Made by a program: the position numbers and the translations under genes
Shown: piece after piece, positions 55,861 to 64,000 of the stretch
Layout: each line of letters starts with the position of its first letter
How positions within the stretch are numbered: position 1 is the first letter of the stretch
DNA from: Octopus sinensis
Taxonomy: Eukaryota
Direction: 5' to 3'
Assembly (NCBI RefSeq): GCF_006345805.1
Contig: NC_042999.1
Location: 7,316,001 to 7,380,000 of the forward strand
Length of the DNA: 64,000 nt
The notes under the pieces: generated by a model
Seen by the model: only the letters and a program-made list of their open reading frames with translations
Told to the model about the DNA's origin: nothing
Database searches by the model: none

Positions 55861-57834
55861 AACATATACACGCACACGCACGACCCGCGTAGACACCTCA
55901 TATTACTATGGAACCGGGAGTCCAACAGCGGTCCTTCTGTAGCACTTACATAGCCTTACCTGCTTTTTGGGTCTTCTGGATACCAAAACCTCTCATATAT
56001 ACATATACATATATACACATGTATACATGTGCGTGTGTTTAATTCATCACTGCGTCTTCTAACTGTGAGATTTTTTTCTGTCTCTCTGTGGGAGGAACAT
56101 TCATTTACTCTTTGTCCCACACCAAGCCTAGTATGTGCACCCATCCTGCACCGTTCATGTCAACTCTCTGTATCGCTCTTTTATTAGCTCTCCATTCTTT
56201 TTTCTATACACTGTAAAGAGTGACCGGGGAAATCCTCCAACTGACATTTAATTGCGGTTATCTCTCGGTTGTTTCTAAGAGAGATAACTTAAGTCCAAAC
56301 AGCCGGCATCTTCACCATTATATAAATAGATCTAAATAAATCTCACAATTACTCACTCACTGAATCGATCAATGTATCTATCAGTTCCTCAATGAATAGA
56401 TTGATCGATCAGAGGAATCAAAGAACCAAATTTATCTCCTTGAATTCTCATAATCAAATTCAATGTCTTAACACCTTTGAATGTGATAATTATTCCGTTA
56501 CACCATCAGCTGCTTCAGAGAAGCGGTGATAGATAGATAGAGAGAGATAAAGGGTGAGAAAGAGACAGACAGACAAAAGGAGAGAGAGATAGCGAGAGGA
56601 AATGGGAAAGGTTTTGTAGGTTATGTACATAATTAAGACTTCAATTCTACTGTGCAAGATGAAAAAGATAGAGAATTTATTTAATCTGTGAGCTTTACTC
56701 GACGAGGAGCCAGTCAAAGTAGAATGATTTCGTAACAGACGCAGCAAGCACAAATTACGTGATATAAAAAAGCAACACATCAAGCAGATTAAGGGAAACG
56801 TGTCGACTTTTCTGGGTGTGATTTCTACCATGAGAAAATCTTACTAAATTAACATCAAAGTTTTGGTTGCTGCCGCATTACGATGATTTATGTTGAGAGC
56901 TTTCTTCAGCATTGTAAAAATTAAAAAAAAGCCTAAGAAAAAAGAAAAAAAAAAGGAGTAAACTAACAGAACACTAATCGCATCTGAAGTCAATAATTAG
57001 TTTAAAAGTAAACCAACTCATTATCACCGATTTTTCACCAGTTTCCTAAAACATAATTTAGGTTTACTTTGATGCAGAAATGAAACTTTCTAAATTATAT
57101 ATTGGTATTCTATGATTACTTCCCTACAATTGCATTTGGCTTTACAGCAAACAAACACGCACTCACATGCGCATCCGTGCATACACCTACACACACAGTA
57201 TGTACATAAATATATACACATCTATATATGCTTTAATATGTGCGTGAATACATACATAATAACATTATGTATATTTTAAACTCACAGACACAGGAAATAT
57301 GTATGAATATATATATATATGTGCATGTGGGGTATATAAATCTATATATATGTATACCCTTATGCTAGTTTCCCTCTAATATATATTTAATACAATTATA
57401 CTGAACTTTCAGGTTTTTTTTACATGCTAGACCACTGGTTTGAAATCAATGTTTATTAAATTAGTATCTAATTTCTCACCCTCATTTTAAATGTATATAT
57501 GTATATATGCACATATAATTATTAAAAAACATAAAAGAAGTTATATATGGTATGTAAACATTCATAAACATCTTACAAACAGAGGCATATCAGAAGAACA
57601 AATTATCAGGGTCATTTTGCAGGAAGTTTGAGACAAAAGAAAATCTGATAGTGGAGTTGATCGCAAATTAAGGTTATATGGCGTGGGAACACGAATGAAG
57701 AAGCTGAATCAAAAGAAAATTTACAAGAATTGTGTGATACATGTGGATTGATTCCGACATGGGAAGAACAACAAAGGAGTATTTCAGAGGCTAGAGAATA
57801 TGTTTAAAAATTGTCCATTATGAATATGGTAAAG

Positions 57835-58173
57835 TTGTATTTAGGAATGGTCATTTTGCAAGTTTAGCCAAAAACACACACGCACTATATGTAGACACAC
57901 ATAGAGGTATCCGCATGCGCAAATGAAGACACATACAATAGGAATACAAAACACCAAATAGCTGACCGTTAGTAAGGAGAGACACACAAATAAGAAAGAA
58001 GAAAGCAAAGGACCACTGATGAAGTCACAGAAGTGTGACGAAAGAACTCTGCCCGAAATAAGATTAAGATTAATGTAAAAAATAAATAATGCTGAAGCAA
58101 AGTAACGCCAAATATATAGTGCGTGTGATTTTATTGGCCAAACTGGCAAAATGGCCAGTCCTAAATACAACAA
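57835..58173 (+). mobile_element. ~340-bp element with ~60-bp inverted ends and an internal hammerhead
   Basis: GTTGTATTTAGGAATGGTCATTTTGCAAGTTTAGCC / GGCCAAACTGGCAAAATGGCCAGTCCTAAATACAAC; the same terminus occurs at ~52522. Confidence 0.8.
58013..58052 (+). ncRNA. Minimal type I hammerhead
   Basis: CCA-CTGATGA-A-GTCAC-AGAAGT-GTGAC-GAAA-GAAC-TC-TG; short stem I. Confidence 0.7.
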
Positions 58174-58818
58174 TATCTGTTTCAACACACGATTTCACAT
58201 CAGAATTCTTGCAAAACAAATATATAAACGTAAAATATGGTAAAGGTTTCCGACATAAAAAAAACTGAGAACAAAGAACAAATCCTCGAAGATTAGTAAA
58301 AGCAATATATTTGCAATGCAGTTGAAGAAGGTATTGTTGCACTCAGTTAGGCGTTGGACTTCATGAACGGTGAGGGCCAAAAGTCGCGTTGGATGAATAT
58401 AATAGCCTGGACATATCTTGGTAGTATCAATACTATTTGGAATGGCTGAAAGAACATGATTCTGAGACAATGCCAGCGTCTTTCTGATCTCTGGAGTCGA
58501 CAGTTAATGAAGGCTATGTTCGTAGTTTATGCTGCATGTCGAATATAGTCAATTATGATACATAAAGATTAGCGTAATATGTATGTATGAATATATATAT
58601 ATATATATATATTTATTTATTTTTCTCCTGTTTCAACTCAGGGCTGTGGCCATGCTGATGCACCGCCGTTTTGCTACACTGTTTTTACTAAGAGCCTCCT
58701 CTAACATGTGGCGCTTGGTGAAGCATGGAGTTTGATATAGCTACCCTCATTTGCACCTCTTGCCGTGAGGTAGGTTTATCTGGGACTCTCGACATATATA
58801 TATGTATATATGTTTGGA

Positions 58819-58903
<85 letters not shown>

Positions 58904-58906
<3 letters not shown>

Positions 58907-59915
58907 GTGTTGAACAAAATAATGCAAACACCGTAAAATTTCTAACAAATTTATTTTGATATGCGGTAGGATGCCTTTGGCAGCAATTACAGCTTGAATA
59001 TCTACGAGGTATGGACTCGCACAAAGTTTGAATTGTTTCCAAATGAATTTTTATCCATTCTTCAGCTAAATCAGTCTCCAGTTCTTGTAGTGATGATGGT
59101 GGAGGATATCGACTTCCAAAATATAGCTCCCACCACCACCACCACCACATCATCACAGATCCTCCTCCATGTTTAACAGTTAGAAGAAGACAGTCTAGAT
59201 CAAATGCTTCTTTTAGCTGTCTCCACACGTATACTCGGCCGGTGGTCGGGAATAAGGTAAAGGAGGACTCGTTCTAGAAAATAACAATCTCCCACTGCTC
59301 TAGGGACCAATTCTGTAGGTTTTTACTCCCCTCTAAACACTTAGCGACGTTTGTATTTGAAAGTAGTAGTTTTCTGATTGCATCCCTTCCGTGAAATCCG
59401 GCTTTGTGCAGCTCCAGGTGAACGGTTTTTGTGGAAACTGTGTTCTCGAGGTGGTCATTAAGCTCTGCAGTAATTTTGGGAGCCTTACTTTTGTGATCCT
59501 TTCTAAAAATTCGCGTAAGAATCCGACGGTTCTTATCTGAAAGTTTTGGTTTTCTTCCGGAGTTTTGTTTCGACAGGAGAGGTTTTACTCCCTTTCTCAA
59601 AATCCGTTATTAGTTTCGAGACACTACTTCTTGATACACCGAAAATTGTGGCTGTTTTCGTTATGCTAGCGCCTGTCACACGAGAACCAATAATTCAACC
59701 TCTTTGAAAGTCCGATAGAGCTGTCATTATAAGGAATTTTAATTATCTTTTTCTGATGACATTTGGAAAGAAACAGCAGTTTTAGCAAAATTTATTAAGC
59801 AGCACTAATAAAAAAATCAAAGACATAAAAATAAACAAGTTTTGACGGTTTTATAGATATTTCAAAATTATGAGGCTATGATGCCAGGTGTTTACATTAT
59901 ATTGCCCAACCCCTG
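58904..59915 (-). mobile_element. Internally deleted Tc1-family transposon
   Basis: TIRs CAGGTGTTGAACAAAATAATGCAAACACC / GGTGTTTACATTATATTGCCCAACCCCTG, TA flanks; SGRKPKLSDKNRRILTR...WSLEQWEIVIF and TVKHGGGSVMMW. Confidence 0.93.
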
Positions 59916-59934
59916 TATATATAATATATATAAG

Positions 59935-60075
59935 GCGCGGTGGTTGCGTGGTAAGTCGCTTGCTTACCAACCACTTGGTTCCAGGTTCAGTCCCACTGCA
60001 TTACAAGTTTGGCAAGTGTCTTCTGCTATAGCCTCAGGCTGATGAAGGTTTTGTGAGTGAATTTGGTAGAGGGAA

Positions 60076-60113
<38 letters not shown>

Positions 60114-60330
60114 ATGCTTGTGTATCTGTGTTTATCCCCCAGCGTCGCTTGACAACCGATACTGGTGTGTTTACGACCCCGTAATCTAGCGGTTCGGCAA
60201 AAGAGCCGATAGAATAAATACTAAGCTTACTAAGAATATGTTCTGTGGGTCGATTTGCTCGAGTAAAGCGGTGCTCCAGTATGGGCGCTGTCAAATAGCT
60301 CAAACAAATAAAAGAGCAAAAAAGTAAAAG
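59935..60330 (+). mobile_element. SINE family 1, diverged
   Basis: GGCGCGGTGGTTGCGTGGTAAG...GGTGCTCCAGTATGG. Confidence 0.85.
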
Positions 60331-60447
60331 AGAATATATGTAAGTATATATATATATATATATGGCCTTTCAGTATGTTTACCTCGTGAAGACCACTCGC
60401 GTTTTTTTCCCTCTGTCCTCCCACCTCGGGTTCTTTCTTTCTCTTAT

Positions 60448-60482
60448 GTTTCTGACGAAGAGCTCCGCTCGAAACGTCATAC
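60448..60482 (+). ncRNA. Minimal hammerhead in the pLTR-like element 60375-60580
   Basis: GTTT-CTGACGA-AGAGCTCCGCTC-GAAAC-GTC-ATAC: intact core, one stem-I mismatch. Confidence 0.72.
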
Positions 60483-60575
60483 TCTCCTTCTTCCCTTTTT
60501 TCCTGAGCGCCTAATAATACTTTAATTGTACCACCTCTTTGCGTTGTTGTCTTTTTTGTTTTCTTGTTTGGATTA

Positions 60576-60676
<101 letters not shown>

Positions 60677-60727
60677 ATATATATATATATATATTATATA
60701 TATTATATATATAATATATATATATAT

Positions 60728-60990
60728 ATCAATGTAAACAATAGAAAGTGGTGTAAAAATTATTTATTTATTCAGACATCTATAATATATATAGACAATC
60801 ATAAGTAATAGGCAGCATATGTTTCTGCTTATTTCACAATGAAAATATCCGCAACCAATATATTGTGGATATTTTTCTTTGTAATATAAGCAGAAACATA
60901 TGTTACCTGTTACTTATGATTGTCTCTATATATCATAGATGTCTGAGTAAATAAATAGTTTCTATAATATTTTCCATTTTCTACATTGAT
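60728..60990. repeat. Imperfect ~260-bp palindrome in TA tract
   Basis: CATATGTTTCTGCTTAT / ATAAGCAGAAACATATG; TTCAGACATCTAT / ATAGATGTCTGAG; centre ~60858. Confidence 0.88.
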
Positions 60991-61141
60991 TATTATATTC
61001 TCCGGACCTTAAAGCATCGTGTATTAAGAAAAACAATTCGTTGGATTCGATATACTATGTGTTTATTCTTTGATCCTATTATTAGACATATTCGATATCT
61101 ACCTGGACTCAACTCCTAGCTTTGATTATATATATATTTTG

Positions 61142-61185
<44 letters not shown>

Positions 61186-61186
61186 A

Positions 61187-61585
61187 AATAATAAATATTA
61201 GGGAATAAATCCAAATTACAGGGAAAAAAATCAGATTTAGGATTAAATCCAATTTTATAGTAAAATATTATAAAATATTATTAGAGACAAAACCACTATT
61301 TTGCAAAACAAACAAGGAAAGACTTAATCAATACATAAAATTTTAATAAATAGTCAAAAAAACCGCCACTACAATTGTTTCTTGTCTTGATCGACAATCT
61401 TCAGGTGGACTTCCAATAAGTCAGTTTCAAATTATGAAACTGACTTATTGGAAGTCCACCTGAAGATTGTCGATCAAGACAAGAAACAATTGTAGTGGCG
61501 TTTTTTTTGACTATTTATTAAAATTTTATGTATTGATTAAGTCTTTCCTTGTTTGTTTTGCAAAATAGTGGTTTTGTCTCTAATA

Positions 61586-61595
<10 letters not shown>
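61187..61595. mobile_element. Twin-hammerhead palindromic element, copy B (opposite orientation to copy A)
   Basis: Arms symmetric about 61432 with loop AATTA; HHRs at 61366-61408 (-) and 61456-61498 (+): CCAC-CTGAAGA-TTGTCGATCAAGACAA-GAAAC-AATT-GTA-GTGG. Confidence 0.9.
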
Positions 61596-61636
<41 letters not shown>

Positions 61637-61709
61637 GCATATACATATATACATACATGCACACATATATGCGCATGGATATGTATATACATAATGCGAA
61701 AATATGTAT

Positions 61710-62755
61710 ATAGAAAAAAGAAGGGAAATGCACACAGTTTACATAGTTTTAATATATTTTAAATATATTTCATATATGAGAGTATTGTGTTTGTCGACCC
61801 GTTTCGCTTTCGCTAAGCATTGAGATTGAAGTATTTGTAATTTCGTATTTTCTTAAGGGAATATTTTAGTCCATGTTCTTGAAAGGAAAATCCAGAAATG
61901 AAAAACATTCTAATAACACATGAATTCATCAAATCAAACACAAATGCGAAGCTTTACCAACAACTACGAATGGTTAAAATATGTGGACATCATAGCTCTG
62001 GAATATGCCCAAACCTATCGGGGGCTAAAAATCCTATTCAAACAAGGAAAGAGTTTCATAATTCAAACCAGTTTCACTTGTGGTTGCGAGAATCTAATAT
62101 ATGTCATACCATGTTCAGGTTGTGGACATAACTATATAGGACGGACAATTATGGCACTTAGACGGAAAACCATGCTACACAAGGAACAGATCCGTTTCCC
62201 AAAACACACACACATTCCTTTGAGTGAACACAGAGAGATGTGCAGGTACTACTCAACCAAACTTCATAGTTTCCACCATCTATCTGTCCAAACAAACAAT
62301 TTCTGTACGAGAACGTTTAAATAAGAAAATTTATTGATCAATAAATAGAGAACATGCTTAAATATGAACGCATAACCAACTTTTGTTTTAATTATTGATC
62401 ACGTACCAATCACTGTACGTATTTCATCACACTACTTTAGCTTTTTAGTTTTATTTATTTATTCCAAACCCCACAAAAATAATATGAGAAATTGCCTCCC
62501 CTGTCCCGAATAAGAACGATCACCATTTACCTTCCCTTAGATTTTTGTATTTGTTGTTTCATTCACAAACATCCTTCCAAGAACATGGGCTAAAATCTTA
62601 AGGAAATACGAAATTACAATAATTTTAATGTCATGATTAGCGAAAGCCAAACCGGTTGACAAACATAATAATCTTCAACTTCTAAAATATATCAGAAAAA
62701 ATTTATTAAAACTACCTAAAGTTTATGCGTTTTCCTTCTTTTCTTTTATATATAT
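61710..62755 (+). mobile_element. 5'-truncated PLE: GIY-YIG remnant between inverted terminal repeats
   Basis: ENLIYVIPCSGCGHNYIGRTIMALRRKTMLHKEQIRFPKHTHIPLSEH; 61710-61885 is an inverted copy of 62570-62755. Confidence 0.85.
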
Positions 62756-62825
62756 ATTTTATGTATCGCAACTCAGCGATAATCGAAATTCTCATCCCTT
62801 TTCTTGCTATATATATAAAATGTAG

Positions 62826-62899
<74 letters not shown>

Positions 62900-62978
62900 C
62901 CCAGATGTATGTATATGTATATATATATATATGTATATAATGATATAAATGTATAATGATAAAATATATACAGATATA

Positions 62979-63406
62979 GGCGCAGGAGTGGCTGTGTGGT
63001 AAGTAGCTTGCTAACCAACCATATGGTTCCGGGTTCAGTCACACTGCGTGGCATCTTGGGCAAGTGTCTCCTGCTATAGCCCCGGGCCGACCAATGCCTT
63101 GTGAGTGGATTTGGTAGACGGAAACTGAAAGAAGCCTGTCGTATATATGTATATATATATTTATATAAGTGTGCATGTGTGTGTTTGTGTGTCTGTGTTT
63201 GTCCCCCTAGCATTGCTTGACAACCGAAGCTGGTGTGTTTACGTCCCCGTCACTTAGCGGTTCGGCAAAAGAGACCGATAGAATAAGTACTGGGCTTACA
63301 AAGAATAAGTCCCGGGGTCGATTTGCTCGACTAAAGGCGGTGCTCCAGCATGGCCGCAGTCAAATGACTGAAACAAGTAAAAGAGTAAAAGAGTAAGAGT
63401 AAGAGT
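62979..63406 (+). mobile_element. SINE family 1, full-length reference-like copy
   Basis: GGCGCAGGAGTGGCTGTGTGGTAAG, GGTTCAGTC, CTTGGGCAAGTG, internal TA/TG tract, tail (GTAAAAGA)n. Confidence 0.92.
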
Positions 63407-63866
63407 ATATAAATATATAATGATATAATATATAGTGGTATATGTGCGTGTGTAATCGTATGCATCTATTTCAAATACTTCAGCGTAGAAAAAATTGAAA
63501 AAAACTTATTGTTGCTAAAACTACAATACTATCAACACTATTACTTAGATAACTTCGATTGGTTTTGGCCATTATCAGCCCAGGCCATGGCTAACTCAAT
63601 GGTACCAGCTGGAGCATTCCATATGTTATATTAAGTTGAAACTTTAAACCTCGTAACCCAATCTGTATATATTTGTGCTCGTAAGTACATGTGGTTGTTT
63701 ATGCGTACATACATGCATATATATACATACATTACTTGTATTTTTTATTCTACATTATATATATTATAAATATTGAATGTACATATATATTCATATGCAC
63801 GCGTATATATATCTCATATATATACATACATATATATTTATACACACACAAGATTACATCTACACA

Positions 63867-64000
<134 letters not shown>

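Noticed and set aside
57614-58490. Coding-looking stretches (e.g. ENLQELCDTCGLIPTWEEQ; QYICNAVEEGIVAL)
   Set aside because: Interrupted by stops, no consistent splice frame, and no family recognised.

Overview
Eukaryotic, repeat-saturated, apparently intronic or intergenic DNA. It is most likely from an octopus or other coleoid cephalopod; this is inferred from the SINE families and the extreme TA/CA/AAT microsatellite load, not proven. No host protein-coding gene is established: there is one weak 81-nt candidate exon, and nearly all ORF-track entries are microsatellite artefacts. Recognisable content: (1) a 5'-truncated, frameshifted R4/Dong-type RLE non-LTR retrotransposon sitting in an (AAT)n array, plus fragments of two other RLE families; (2) decayed Penelope-like element (PLE) RT and GIY-YIG remnants; (3) RTE LINE fragments; (4) Tc1/mariner elements and a MITE; (5) a non-autonomous Helitron; (6) dozens of tRNA-derived SINEs from about four families. 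The most striking structure not explained by these labels is a set of about a dozen type-I hammerhead ribozyme (HHR) motifs, many inside fold-back (palindromic) elements. It includes two copies of a twin-hammerhead palindrome (22.2 kb and 61.2 kb) whose arms differ between copies but match within each copy, a second twin-HHR palindrome family (53.4 kb), a retrozyme-like tandem unit (14.1 kb), and a PLE endonuclease remnant bracketed by inverted HHR-bearing termini (61.7 kb) that could link these elements mechanistically. All motif calls were made by eye, and boundary coordinates are approximate except where individual motifs are quoted.
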